This document shows positions 21,285 to 31,640 of a DNA stretch of 64,000 nucleotides, piece by piece (within the stretch, counting starts at the first letter, position 1; every line of letters starts with the position of its first letter). Made by a program: the position numbers and the translations under genes. The notes under the pieces are model-generated. The model did no database searches. It was given only the letters and a program-made list of their open reading frames with translations, and was not told where the DNA came from. The DNA comes from a virus (Duplodnaviria > Caudoviricetes): positions 236,537 through 300,536 of IMG/VR virus record IMGVR_UViG_3300007171_000004; one strand, written 5' to 3'.

Positions 21285-22611
21285 ATAATCCATAACGGGA
21301 TTTTGTTAAGTTGTAATAAGCTAGAATTTCTGATGATGATAAAGCTCGGTTATAAATTCTTAATTGCGATATGTTTCCTGCAAAAGTTTCTGAAATGTAA
21401 CTATTACCGCCAACAAAAACATTATTTGTTGTGACTGGATTCGAATTTAAACTTGAAAGATTTTCAGTTGTAGAAGAATTATTTAGACTAAATGTTATTA
21501 CTGGATTTGAAATTGTACCAGATACACTTATAGCTGCAAAATTCCATGTATTATTTGTTATAGAACCCAAATTTTTATTTTGATAACTTCCAGCAGATAA
21601 ACTAGTATAATAAGTTACTATATTATTATCAACTCTAAATAGAGAAATCAAATATCCTCCACCAGTACTAGAATAATTTGCATATAGTGTTGAATATTGT
21701 TTTGTTGAAGTTTGATAAAACCAACAAATTATAGTAACATTTATTTGAAGAGTTCTTAAATATGTATTGTTACCTAGACTTATATAATCATTTGTTCCAT
21801 CAAAAACCCATGTTCCGCCGTTGCTTGAACTAAAAGATACACCGTTTGTTAAAGCTCCATTATTATTATAAATTGAAAGATCATTTGCTAAAGTCGAAGA
21901 GGGCTCACTAAAACTATAAGGATTACCAGCATCTAGAACTAGTACAGCAGAATCGTTAGAGAATGGGTAGCTATAAGTTACTTGTTTAAAATGAAGAAGA
22001 TTTGTGGAAGATATAAATTTCTCTACAACGCCAACAATTAAAATTTCTTGAGCAATGGAATTAACATTAACTTTAACCAATTTTCCAGCATTGACACCAG
22101 AACCGAAAGTGAGTAAATCTCCAGAATTAAAATCTATTTGTGTAGTGTAATCTAAACCATAATCACCATGCAAAACTCTAACAAACTGATCTGTAATGAA
22201 AATATTGTTAGGTTGATTATAAACAGCCAATCCTCTACGTGAAATAACCATGTTTTCTGATGGATTATAGGGCTTATTCAAAGATTCATTAAGATTATCA
22301 TTCAAAGCTCTTTTTGTTGTTAAAACTTCATTATTTTCAGTGCGTATAAAACTGTAAGAGCTATCAATATAACTTGAACCAATAACATCTGGAACTATTA
22401 TTGTGTTTGCAGCAGAAGAATGATCAGATGTAGCAAAACCTAAGAACTTTCCAATTTTTTGAGATAATGTTTTTTGGAATATTAAAGAATTATCAGCTTT
22501 AACCACTCTTCCATTATCATCTCTCATAAGTGCCATTCCAGCTTTAAAATCAACATCAACAAAGATATCAACATTTTCTACTGCATTTGAAGTTACTGTA
22601 AAGATTGCCAT
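21283..22611 (-). CDS. Decoration/fibre-like protein with C-terminal LamG (ConA-like) domain, paralog 5
   Basis: Shared ~210-aa N-domain; FDGTNDY..QLRIYNRALS..SRYGL. Confidence 0.8.
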   Translation of the reverse strand: MAIFTVTSNAVENVDIFVDVDFKAGMALMRDDNGRVVKADNSLIFQKTLSQKIGKFLGFATSDHSSAANTIIVPDVIGSSYIDSSYSFIRTENNEVLTTKRALNDNLNESLNKPYNPSENMVISRRGLAVYNQPNNIFITDQFVRVLHGDYGLDYTTQIDFNSGDLLTFGSGVNAGKLVKVNVNSIAQEILIVGVVEKFISSTNLLHFKQVTYSYPFSNDSAVLVLDAGNPYSFSEPSSTLANDLSIYNNNGALTNGVSFSSSNGGTWVFDGTNDYISLGNNTYLRTLQINVTIICWFYQTSTKQYSTLYANYSSTGGGYLISLFRVDNNIVTYYTSLSAGSYQNKNLGSITNNTWNFAAISVSGTISNPVITFSLNNSSTTENLSSLNSNPVTTNNVFVGGNSYISETFAGNISQLRIYNRALSSSEILAYYNLTKSRYGL

Positions 22612-23909
22612 TATAAACCATACCTAGATTTTGTTAAGTTGTAATATGCCGAAATTTGATCGAGTGTAAGAGCCGTAAAGTAAATTCTCATTTCAGATAA
22701 ATACATTCGAGCGTAAGAATGCGGGCTTGTTTTAACACTTCTAGCACCAATTCCAAGATCTTCATTGTTTGAACCCATATCCCCAGTAGTTGCAACTATA
22801 TTTGTCAAAGAGTTATTTATATAAGCCTTTTGATTTGTTTTATCATATGTTACAGTAATTAGTTTCCAAGCTGAAGAATCCATAGGCGCAATACTTCTCC
22901 ATTGCCAAGCTGGAAGATAAGCATAATCGAATGAATTACTATAATATCCAGTTTCATATATATTTTCTTTATTTAGGATAATATTTCCACCTAAAGAATC
23001 AGTAGGAAATCCATCAATTTTCACCCATGTCATTGTAGTAAGTTGTCTTGTTCCTGGATTTAAGCTTGGGCTGTCTAAGACTCTTATGTAATCATTTGTT
23101 CCATCAAAATAAAAAGAACCGCCTCCAAAACTACTATAAGATACTCCATTATATAAAACTCCATTGTTATTATTTGGGGTTAAATCATATACAGTGTTTC
23201 CAGAAATGTATGAATAAGGATTTGCAGCATCTATGGCAAATTGTAAGTTATTAGATTGAAATGTTACTAAATATGGGGCCTGTCTAAAATGAAGAAGATT
23301 AGAAGTTGAGATAAATTTTTCTACAATGCCAACAATTAAAACATCTGGGCCAATAGAATTCACATTTATCTTTACAAGTTTTCCAGCATTTATTCCAGAT
23401 CCAAAAGTTAGCAAATCTCCAGCATTAAAATCTATTTGTGCTGTTGAGTCTACTCCAAAATCTCCATGTAATACTCTTGAAAATTGATCCGTTATGAAGA
23501 TGTTGTTTGGTTGATTGTATACTGCTAATCCTCTTCTAGATGTTGTTAATGTTTCTGAAGGATTATAGATTTTGATGTTAGTTTCATCTTGGTTATCATT
23601 TAAGGCTCTTTTTGCTAATATTACTTCATTATTTTCAGTTCTAATATAATTGTAAGAATTGTCAATATAACTAGATCCAATTATATCTGGAACAATGATT
23701 GTATTTGAAGCTGAGGAATGATCACTGGAAGCAAAACCCAAGAACTTGCCGATTTTTTGTTCATTTGTTTTATAGAGTAGTAAACTATTATCAGCAGGAA
23801 CAGCTCTACCGTTATCATCTCTCATTAACGCCATACCAGACTTGAAAGATGATGAATAGAATATATCTACATTTAATACTTCGTTAGATGTTACGGTGAA
23901 AATAGCCAT
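22611..23909 (-). CDS. LamG-domain decoration/fibre-like protein, paralog 4
   Basis: As above; YFDGTNDY..MRIYFTALT. Confidence 0.8.
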   Translation of the reverse strand: MAIFTVTSNEVLNVDIFYSSSFKSGMALMRDDNGRAVPADNSLLLYKTNEQKIGKFLGFASSDHSSASNTIIVPDIIGSSYIDNSYNYIRTENNEVILAKRALNDNQDETNIKIYNPSETLTTSRRGLAVYNQPNNIFITDQFSRVLHGDFGVDSTAQIDFNAGDLLTFGSGINAGKLVKINVNSIGPDVLIVGIVEKFISTSNLLHFRQAPYLVTFQSNNLQFAIDAANPYSYISGNTVYDLTPNNNNGVLYNGVSYSSFGGGSFYFDGTNDYIRVLDSPSLNPGTRQLTTMTWVKIDGFPTDSLGGNIILNKENIYETGYYSNSFDYAYLPAWQWRSIAPMDSSAWKLITVTYDKTNQKAYINNSLTNIVATTGDMGSNNEDLGIGARSVKTSPHSYARMYLSEMRIYFTALTLDQISAYYNLTKSRYGL

Positions 23910-25198
23910 TATAAACCATATCGGGATTTGTTAAGGTTGTATTGATTTAAAACTTCTTGAGATGATAATACTTTAGTATAAATTTTTAAGTATCCAAAAG
24001 AAGATCTTGTTCTTTCATTATTAAATTGATTCGTAGCAGATGCTAAAGCGAACGCTGTCAGTGTATTATTTACTAATGATGAAGAATAAATGGAGACTCC
24101 ATTTACAAAAATTTGATGTGCTGCAGCATTTTTTACCAATGTAATATGCGTATATTGTCCCAATAATAAAGTGTATGATGTATTGATCCAACCTGATCCT
24201 TGCACATATAAATGTATATTATTTAAAGGATAAACTCCACCTGTCCCAAGAGCTATGATTGCTGAATTTCCGTCTCCATCAAATATCCTGTTAAGTGCTA
24301 GTTGCCCAGTAAGTTGATATACATTTACAAACATTTCTAAAGTATAATTAGAAATAGAAAATCCAGAAGAAGAACTAGAGTCATCAGCACCATCAAAAAC
24401 AATTTCACCATTATAAGCGCTTGTATATGAGACTCCATTCAAAAGAGTCATATTGTAGTTATTTGAAGCTAAATTATACCAAGTACTCCCTGTTTTTGGA
24501 TATGATAAGAGATTAGCAGCATCATAGTTTAATAAAGTAAAATTTCCAAAGCTTAAGCTAAAACTTACTTGTCTAAAATGTAATAGATTTGTTGATGATA
24601 CATATTTTTCAACAATACCCACAATCAATAATTCAGGGCCAAAAGAATTAACATTTACCTTAACAAGTTTCCCGGCATTAACTCCACCACCAAAAGTAAG
24701 TAAATCACCAGGGTTTAATGCAACAGTGTCTAATCCATCAAGGCCATAATCTCCATGTAAAACAGGCTTAAATTGATCTGTTATGAAGATATTATTAGGT
24801 TGGTTATATACTGCAAGGCCACGTCTCGAAATTATATTTTTATCAGATGGATTATATAAATTTGGAATTCCCTCATTTAAATTATCAACTAGCCCTCTCT
24901 TAGAAATTACAACCTCATTATTTTCAGTTCTTATGTAGTTGTAAGAATTATCAATATAACTTGATCCAATGACATCTGGAATAATTATAGTGTTTGAATA
25001 AGCTGAATGATCGCTTGTTGCAAAACCTAAGAATTTACCAACTTTTTGTTCGAGAGTTTTAAATACTAACAATTGACTATCTGCTGGAACTCCTCTACCA
25101 TTATCATCCCTCATTAAAGCCATACCAGCCTTAAATGATGTAGAAATCATGATGTCTACATTTTCAACAGCATTAGAAGTTACAGTAAATATAGCCAT
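23909..25198 (-). CDS. LamG-domain decoration/fibre-like protein, paralog 3
   Basis: As above; VFDGADD..LKIYTKVLS. Confidence 0.8.
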   Translation of the reverse strand: MAIFTVTSNAVENVDIMISTSFKAGMALMRDDNGRGVPADSQLLVFKTLEQKVGKFLGFATSDHSAYSNTIIIPDVIGSSYIDNSYNYIRTENNEVVISKRGLVDNLNEGIPNLYNPSDKNIISRRGLAVYNQPNNIFITDQFKPVLHGDYGLDGLDTVALNPGDLLTFGGGVNAGKLVKVNVNSFGPELLIVGIVEKYVSSTNLLHFRQVSFSLSFGNFTLLNYDAANLLSYPKTGSTWYNLASNNYNMTLLNGVSYTSAYNGEIVFDGADDSSSSSGFSISNYTLEMFVNVYQLTGQLALNRIFDGDGNSAIIALGTGGVYPLNNIHLYVQGSGWINTSYTLLLGQYTHITLVKNAAAHQIFVNGVSIYSSSLVNNTLTAFALASATNQFNNERTRSSFGYLKIYTKVLSSQEVLNQYNLNKSRYGL

Positions 25199-26508
25199 TA
25201 AGATACAAGCCTTGGATAAATAGCATTATGATTTCTTTGAGCTTGTTCTGCTGTAAATCCAGTGTTATAGAATCTTACTGCAGCGATTTTTCCAGCTGTT
25301 TGCCAAGATGCCCATACAGTAATTTGAATTTCATGAGTATTTGTATAGTTATTTGGGTTATATATAGAATCATCAAAAATACCATTAATATAAGATGTCA
25401 TTACGCCAGCAGTTCTTGTAAATATGATAGAATACCAAGTGTTAATATATACAGGTCTTTTTCCTCTTAAGAAAATTCCACTTGGTGTTGTCAGTGGGTT
25501 CCAGAAAATCGGATTACCTGCGAACCATGATCCAATTACCCAAGAGTTTCCAGAAGGTACGCCACCAGTATTTGCCTTAGCTAAAATACCAGTAAGAAAA
25601 CCCTCTAATGCATAAAAAACAATTTCAACTGTAAAATCTCCTGAAAAATCCATAATTGCATTGTGTGGAATTGTCAAACGGTCATCAATTGTATCAAGAA
25701 CAATTACTCCCCCGTTTTCAGCCGACCAAAAAGCTCCATTATTCATAGAACCATTTAAGTTATTTCCACTCAAGTCATACCAAGTTGTGCCAGTTCCAGG
25801 ATAAGATACTGGACTGGAAGCATCTAAATTCAAATAAAGCCCTGTTGTAGCAATCGAAACTGTATTACTATAAGTTTCTAAAATATGCCTAAAATAAAGA
25901 ACTTTTGAGGCAGAATCATGCTTTTCTACAGAGCCTATAATAATTACTGAAGGACCATTGCCAGATAAATCAGCTTTTACTAATTTACCAGCATTAACAC
26001 CAGCTCCAAATGTTAAAAGATCTCCTGGAGAAAGAATTACATCTACATTTGAATCTTCTGCAACAGCCATGGCTAATTTTGTTGCAAATTGGTCTGTGAT
26101 ATAAATTTCTCCTTGGAGATTATATACGCCAGTACCCCTTATGGTTTCTGGATTGTTATTGGATATTTGATAAAAATTATTTACATTCTCATCTCTGTAA
26201 TCTAAAATAGATCTTTTAGGAGCAGCATAAGGAGCATTTGTATTATCGTAAAATGCTGAATCAATATTGTAATTACTGCCTACTGGATCGTTATTAATAA
26301 TTGTGCTAGTAGTTGAGTGATCATTAGAAGAAAATCCAATAAATTTGCTTCTTTGTTCTGCTAAGCTATCAAAACTGAAAGAAGCTCTATCAGCTAAAAC
26401 AGCTCGTCCATTATTATCAAACATAAGAGCAGAACCAGCTTTAAAGTCAGTTGAAATTGACACTGGAATATTTACTACGTACTTATTGAAAAGAGGAAAG
26501 ATTGCCAT
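25198..26508 (-). CDS. LamG-domain decoration/fibre-like protein, paralog 2
   Basis: MAIFPL subgroup; LDASSPVSYPGTGTTWYDLSGN. Confidence 0.8.
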   Translation of the reverse strand: MAIFPLFNKYVVNIPVSISTDFKAGSALMFDNNGRAVLADRASFSFDSLAEQRSKFIGFSSNDHSTTSTIINNDPVGSNYNIDSAFYDNTNAPYAAPKRSILDYRDENVNNFYQISNNNPETIRGTGVYNLQGEIYITDQFATKLAMAVAEDSNVDVILSPGDLLTFGAGVNAGKLVKADLSGNGPSVIIIGSVEKHDSASKVLYFRHILETYSNTVSIATTGLYLNLDASSPVSYPGTGTTWYDLSGNNLNGSMNNGAFWSAENGGVIVLDTIDDRLTIPHNAIMDFSGDFTVEIVFYALEGFLTGILAKANTGGVPSGNSWVIGSWFAGNPIFWNPLTTPSGIFLRGKRPVYINTWYSIIFTRTAGVMTSYINGIFDDSIYNPNNYTNTHEIQITVWASWQTAGKIAAVRFYNTGFTAEQAQRNHNAIYPRLVS

Positions 26509-27806
26509 TAAATTAATTTACCCATACTTGCATTATAATTTTGTCTTACTTGTTCTGCTGTCATACCTTGGGAATATAAGCGTACAAATGGAGTTTTCAA
26601 TTTTGACCATAAACCATAAGAGTCCCAAGATCCAATAACAAAACCAGTGGAAGTATTTAAGCTTAAACTGTTATTAAAAGAAAATCTCAAAGTACCATTA
26701 TAATAACAATTGATAACACCACTATTACGAGTTACAATTACATGGTTATACTTAGTAAAAGAATTTTCTCCACCCCATTGATCTAAAGCTGGGGGATACC
26801 AAGATCCACTATATCTGATTAAAAACCACATAGAATTGCCACCAGTTGCAGACAATACCCAGTTAGCCTCTGCGTCTGAACTTCTTCTATGTAACCAACC
26901 TCCGCCTCCAACTTGTTTAATCAATGCTCCTTCAATGGTAAAATCTCCAGGAAAATCTAATAGTGAATTATCTGCTACAAGGGCTTGGTCATTAGTCCCG
27001 TCAAATGTCATTACACCACCATTTTCGCTTGACCAAAGTACACCATTCTGGAGTTCAGCATTCAATCCATTACCACTCAAATCATACCAAGTAGTTCCTG
27101 ACCCTGAATATGATGTAGGATTGCTTGCGTCTAAATGAACTGTGATACCTGTTGTAAATAACGACACTGTATTATTGTAACTTTCTAATACATGTCTAAA
27201 ATACAATAAATTACTGGCTGCATCAAACTTCTCAACTACTCCAATAATCAATACAGAAGGACTAATAGCTGAAGTATCTGCCTTTACTAATTTTCCAGCA
27301 TTGATTCCAGCTCCATAAGTAAGTAAATCACCAACATTAAAATCTACTTGAGCTGTACCATCAGAATCAATAAATAAACTTGCAACTCTTGAAAATTGGT
27401 CTGTAATATAAATTTCGCCTTGAAGATTGTAAATTCCAATGCCTCTTTTAGAATATTCGGAAAATAATACTCCAGAAACTGATTCGTCTCTAAATTCATA
27501 AATAGATCTTTTACTTGCAGAATAATGAGAATTAACATTATCTACAAATTTATTATCAGATGAAATATAATTACTGCCTACAGGATCAGACATTAAAATA
27601 GAAGATAAATTAGTGTGATCTCCTGAAGCAAAACCTAGAAATTTACCAGATCCTTCAACGATTGAATTATAACTAATATTACTTCTGTCCGCTTTAACAG
27701 CATTACCATTTGAATCAATAACAAGCGCCATACCAGAAGTAAAGCTCTCATTAGCAATTACTGGGAAATTTACTGCATGTTTATTATATAGAGGAAAAAT
27801 TGCCAT
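26508..27806 (-). CDS. LamG-domain decoration/fibre-like protein, paralog 1
   Basis: MAIFPL subgroup; LDASNPTSYSGSGTTWYDLSGN. Confidence 0.8.
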   Translation of the reverse strand: MAIFPLYNKHAVNFPVIANESFTSGMALVIDSNGNAVKADRSNISYNSIVEGSGKFLGFASGDHTNLSSILMSDPVGSNYISSDNKFVDNVNSHYSASKRSIYEFRDESVSGVLFSEYSKRGIGIYNLQGEIYITDQFSRVASLFIDSDGTAQVDFNVGDLLTYGAGINAGKLVKADTSAISPSVLIIGVVEKFDAASNLLYFRHVLESYNNTVSLFTTGITVHLDASNPTSYSGSGTTWYDLSGNGLNAELQNGVLWSSENGGVMTFDGTNDQALVADNSLLDFPGDFTIEGALIKQVGGGGWLHRRSSDAEANWVLSATGGNSMWFLIRYSGSWYPPALDQWGGENSFTKYNHVIVTRNSGVINCYYNGTLRFSFNNSLSLNTSTGFVIGSWDSYGLWSKLKTPFVRLYSQGMTAEQVRQNYNASMGKLI

Positions 27807-27903
27807 AGTTATATATTTTGTCCAAAGCCCGGTGAAATCCTAGTAGGGCTAAACATAAAAGAGCTTGTAAAATATATTTAGATTATAAAGAGGAAAGTAA
27901 ATT

Positions 27904-30900
27904 TTGAAAAGATTATCACAAGAAGAAGAAATTCAAGTGCCACCACAAGAAGTTCAAATTACTCCAGAAGAAAGAGAAGCCTGGTTTCAAAATTCTATAC
28001 CTCTATTAGAAAAGTATCAAGTTCCACAAGAATATTATCCATATTATAGACAACTAGCTAATATTTCAGCATCAGAAAGACTTTATACGATTGCTGTTAA
28101 TAATTGGGGTAAATATATTGATCAAATCAAAAATGGTTTAGATACTCCAGAAGATTATCAAGCAATACAAATATTAAGAAAAAATCCAGGATTCAATAAT
28201 TTTCCCCAAGAGAGAATTAAAGATTACATTAGATTTCTTCAAAATTATCCAGATCTATATGAAAAATATAACTGGTCTTTTTATCAGTCAATCATGGAGA
28301 ATCCAAATTTTTTCCAAGATGACAATAAACAGCTATTACTTAGTAGGTTCTTTTACTTTGGTTCATCTCATCCTAAAAAACAAATTGATGATGCAATAAA
28401 TTTTATCGAAAGAATATCTGCATACCCAGAGATATTTAATTATCTTGTAGATGAATCAAATGAAAAATATGAAATTACAAAAACTTATTTAGATTTTTGT
28501 AATAAGTATCCAGATCAAGTAGATTTTTTCGCACAAGGTCTTAGAAGATTTAAGTTTATAAACTCTTTTTATAATTTTATTAACCAATTTGCTGAAAATA
28601 ATTCAATTAATTTCAAAGAAGCAAGAGAAGCTTTTGAATTAATTGATAATGAAACTTCAAAACTAACCGCATATAATATTAAAAAGGTAAAAGAAAATCT
28701 TAAAACTCCTGAAGATATAGAAACTTTTAATAAAGTTACTAGAAGATTTTTTGACGGCACTTTAGCTACCCCATATGAACGTGACTTGAGAGAATCTAGC
28801 AGTAAAGAAGAGTATGGCTTTTTTAGTAATGTAGATCAACATAGAGAAATTGATTCATTAATTTTTCTTGCTAAAACCACAATTGGTAAAGGAGCTGCAA
28901 ATCTGCCCGATGGTAAACTATATATTTATTTAGGCGGAATGTACAAAGATGCTTTAAATCAATTAATTAAAGTTTATTATTTCTATAAAAATAATGGAAA
29001 TCTGTCAGATGAAGAAATAATTGAAAAATGCAATGATTTAAAATTATTTGATGAATCAGGTGCATCTAATATTAGCATACAAAAAGTTTTATCTAATAAT
29101 CAAGATTATCAAAATATTGTACTTCAAAAATCAGGATTATCACACTTAAAAAACGACGGCAACTTGGATTTTTTGAAAGATTTTTATTATATATTTACTT
29201 ATTTAAATCAAGATACTATTCAAAAAATTCTTCAAGAAATCTCTCATAAATTAAATATAACTCTAACTAGTGATAATGTCGAACTTATCAAAAGCCAGTT
29301 TAATTTAATTCAACCAAGAATCATATCGCTTTTGCAAGCAAAAGATACATTATCAAGAACATTTATTCCAAATAGCTTCATCAAAGATTTTCTGAATTTC
29401 TTTTTTAACAAATATCCATATCATTATAGTAATATTCTTAAAAGTTTAATTGATAATATTCAACAAATTCCTACTGAAAAATTTTCACCACGTTATTTTG
29501 ATGAATTAGTTATTAAATATATCAAATCAGATCTTAAATATTCAAGATTTGACGACTTTGAAGGTGATATATTAGATTATGTTTCTTTATATGAAACAGG
29601 AAATACTTACTTAAATAAACTTGATTTATCTGATGAGCAAATTGAAAAAATCAAGCAATTATATGATCAATATTCTAAAGAATTTAGATTTCCAAAATCA
29701 ACTCTTATCAATTTAGCAATATTAGAAGTTACACAAGGAGTTGAATTATCAGGTGAGTTTGCAAAAAATTTTAAAAACCATGATTTGCTTGATAAAATTT
29801 CTGACACAATATTTGAATCAAAAAATAAAAATCCTAAAGATATAGAATTTATCTTAAATAAATTTTCAAATTTAGTTACACCATATTTTCTTGTAGCAAT
29901 TGCAAATTCTTTAAAATATAAGACACAAAGATTTATTGAACAAATAAAATCATTACCTCTTGAAATTATGTTATGTTTGATTTTGGATGGGGATGATGTT
30001 GAGCTTTTTGAACTAGATGATTCAGAAGCTAGAGATTATATAAACAAATTTGATAGACAATATAGAAATTTACATAAAAATACAAGAGAATATTTTGTAG
30101 TTTTATGTTTCACAATTACATATAAAAATTTATTTGGAATGCCATCAAATTTAATGATTTCTGGAATAAATAATGATATTGATAAAGATGGAAGTTATGA
30201 AGTCATTGAACAAAGTACAGATGCTTATTCATTTTTATTATTAATTTTTGGAAAAAACATTACCAATTGGCTTAGAAAATTTAATGATCCACATGATGCT
30301 GTTCAAGGTTTTAATATAGATTTTAATTGGCCAAGAAGTGAAAAAGCATTTGGTGATTATTTATTGAAAGCGACTTTGGGATATAAAAATCTTTCTACTT
30401 TTCCAACTCAAAAAATTAAAATGATCCAAAATTATTGGCTCGAATTGACTGAAGAAGAAAAACAACTTCCATTTGCTCAATTATATAGCGTTTGTGATGT
30501 CAAAAATTTCAAAAAAATTCATAGTGAATATGATGTAAAAAGTGATAAATTCGCTTCTGAGTATCAATCAGCAGCCATGAAATCTGGTTTTGAACCACTT
30601 CAAGAACATTATTTAAATTCTTTGAATGTACCGCTTCCAAGTTGGTCTAATGTCGTAATTAGTAAAGGTGGATATACAGGAAGATTTTTGCCAAGAAGTG
30701 ACGCAAGAGGTATTTTTTTAGGCAAGCACACAGATTGCTGTCAATCCCCTGGCGATGCAGGAGAAGGAGCAGCTCTTTATGGGCAAATTGAACCTACTTC
30801 TGCTTTCTTTGTTGTTGAAAATAAAAAAGGTCAGATTATAGCTCAATCTTGGGTTTGGGAAGATGTTTCTAAAAAAATCATTGTATTTGACAATATTGAG

Positions 30901-31233
30901 GGAAAAGGATTAGGATACAATGATGATGACACTGATGAAGAAAGACTGCAGAAATTAAAAAGACAAAAACAAATATTTGAACTTTACACTGCATTCTCAA
31001 ATATGATGCCAGATGAGTATTCTGTTTATGTTGGTGGTGGATATTCCAAAGTTGATCTTGAAGAATTAGCTGATGAAGATAAAGTAGAGCAAGAATTTGA
31101 TTATAAAGCGTCAATACCTAGAAAAAATTATGTATTAGACACTGATAGAAATCGTATAATAATTGACGACGATAAAATTTATTCTGATGCATATAAGCAA
31201 TTTAGAATTTTAAGGAGTAATAATAGTGAATAA
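27904..31233 (+). CDS. Large helical protein with C-terminal PcfJ-like/GNAT-fold domain
   Basis: 1109 aa; LGKHTDCCQSPGDAGE..FFVVE..IIAQSWVW..IVFDNIE; domain call from memory of the motif. Confidence 0.55.
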   Translation: MKRLSQEEEIQVPPQEVQITPEEREAWFQNSIPLLEKYQVPQEYYPYYRQLANISASERLYTIAVNNWGKYIDQIKNGLDTPEDYQAIQILRKNPGFNNFPQERIKDYIRFLQNYPDLYEKYNWSFYQSIMENPNFFQDDNKQLLLSRFFYFGSSHPKKQIDDAINFIERISAYPEIFNYLVDESNEKYEITKTYLDFCNKYPDQVDFFAQGLRRFKFINSFYNFINQFAENNSINFKEAREAFELIDNETSKLTAYNIKKVKENLKTPEDIETFNKVTRRFFDGTLATPYERDLRESSSKEEYGFFSNVDQHREIDSLIFLAKTTIGKGAANLPDGKLYIYLGGMYKDALNQLIKVYYFYKNNGNLSDEEIIEKCNDLKLFDESGASNISIQKVLSNNQDYQNIVLQKSGLSHLKNDGNLDFLKDFYYIFTYLNQDTIQKILQEISHKLNITLTSDNVELIKSQFNLIQPRIISLLQAKDTLSRTFIPNSFIKDFLNFFFNKYPYHYSNILKSLIDNIQQIPTEKFSPRYFDELVIKYIKSDLKYSRFDDFEGDILDYVSLYETGNTYLNKLDLSDEQIEKIKQLYDQYSKEFRFPKSTLINLAILEVTQGVELSGEFAKNFKNHDLLDKISDTIFESKNKNPKDIEFILNKFSNLVTPYFLVAIANSLKYKTQRFIEQIKSLPLEIMLCLILDGDDVELFELDDSEARDYINKFDRQYRNLHKNTREYFVVLCFTITYKNLFGMPSNLMISGINNDIDKDGSYEVIEQSTDAYSFLLLIFGKNITNWLRKFNDPHDAVQGFNIDFNWPRSEKAFGDYLLKATLGYKNLSTFPTQKIKMIQNYWLELTEEEKQLPFAQLYSVCDVKNFKKIHSEYDVKSDKFASEYQSAAMKSGFEPLQEHYLNSLNVPLPSWSNVVISKGGYTGRFLPRSDARGIFLGKHTDCCQSPGDAGEGAALYGQIEPTSAFFVVENKKGQIIAQSWVWEDVSKKIIVFDNIEGKGLGYNDDDTDEERLQKLKRQKQIFELYTAFSNMMPDEYSVYVGGGYSKVDLEELADEDKVEQEFDYKASIPRKNYVLDTDRNRIIIDDDKIYSDAYKQFRILRSNNSE

Positions 31234-31585
31234 AAAAATAATGATTCTATTATCTGTAAGTTTCTTGTTAATGGGAAGTTATGTAGAAAAAACAAAATCT
31301 TTGGAATTTAGTGGACAACGATATTTTAAGATTGTTGATACTAATGGAAGATTCGATAAAGTACAAGAACGATTCAATGCCTTATGTTTGAGATATGGTG
31401 TTAAAAGCTCTGATGTTTCTGAAGCAAAAGTAAATGGAAATTGGTGTGTAGTTGTTGGAGATAAAGTTCTTGTAACTGTAACAAATGCAGATTCCAAACT
31501 ACATAAAACTTCACATGAAAAATTAGCTAAAATATGGGCAAAAAACGTAGCAAAACATATTGAATCTGTAACACCATTAAATTAA
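31226..31585 (+). CDS. Exported small protein
   Basis: Signal peptide MNKKIMILLSVSFLL; VLVTVTNADSK..LAKIWAKN. Confidence 0.7.
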   Translation: MNKKIMILLSVSFLLMGSYVEKTKSLEFSGQRYFKIVDTNGRFDKVQERFNALCLRYGVKSSDVSEAKVNGNWCVVVGDKVLVTVTNADSKLHKTSHEKLAKIWAKNVAKHIESVTPLN

Positions 31586-31606
31586 TTTTTAACTTGATAT
31601 TTAATT

Positions 31607-31635
31607 AAAAAGGAGCCTATTTCTAGGCTCCTTTT
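31607..31635. terminator. Bidirectional intrinsic terminator
   Basis: aaaaggagccta-tttc-taggctcctttt. Confidence 0.85.
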
Positions 31636-31640
31636 ATTTG

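Noticed and set aside
21283-27806. Diversity-generating retroelement acting on the lectin genes
   Set aside because: No reverse transcriptase, and I saw no template/variable repeat pair differing only at adenines
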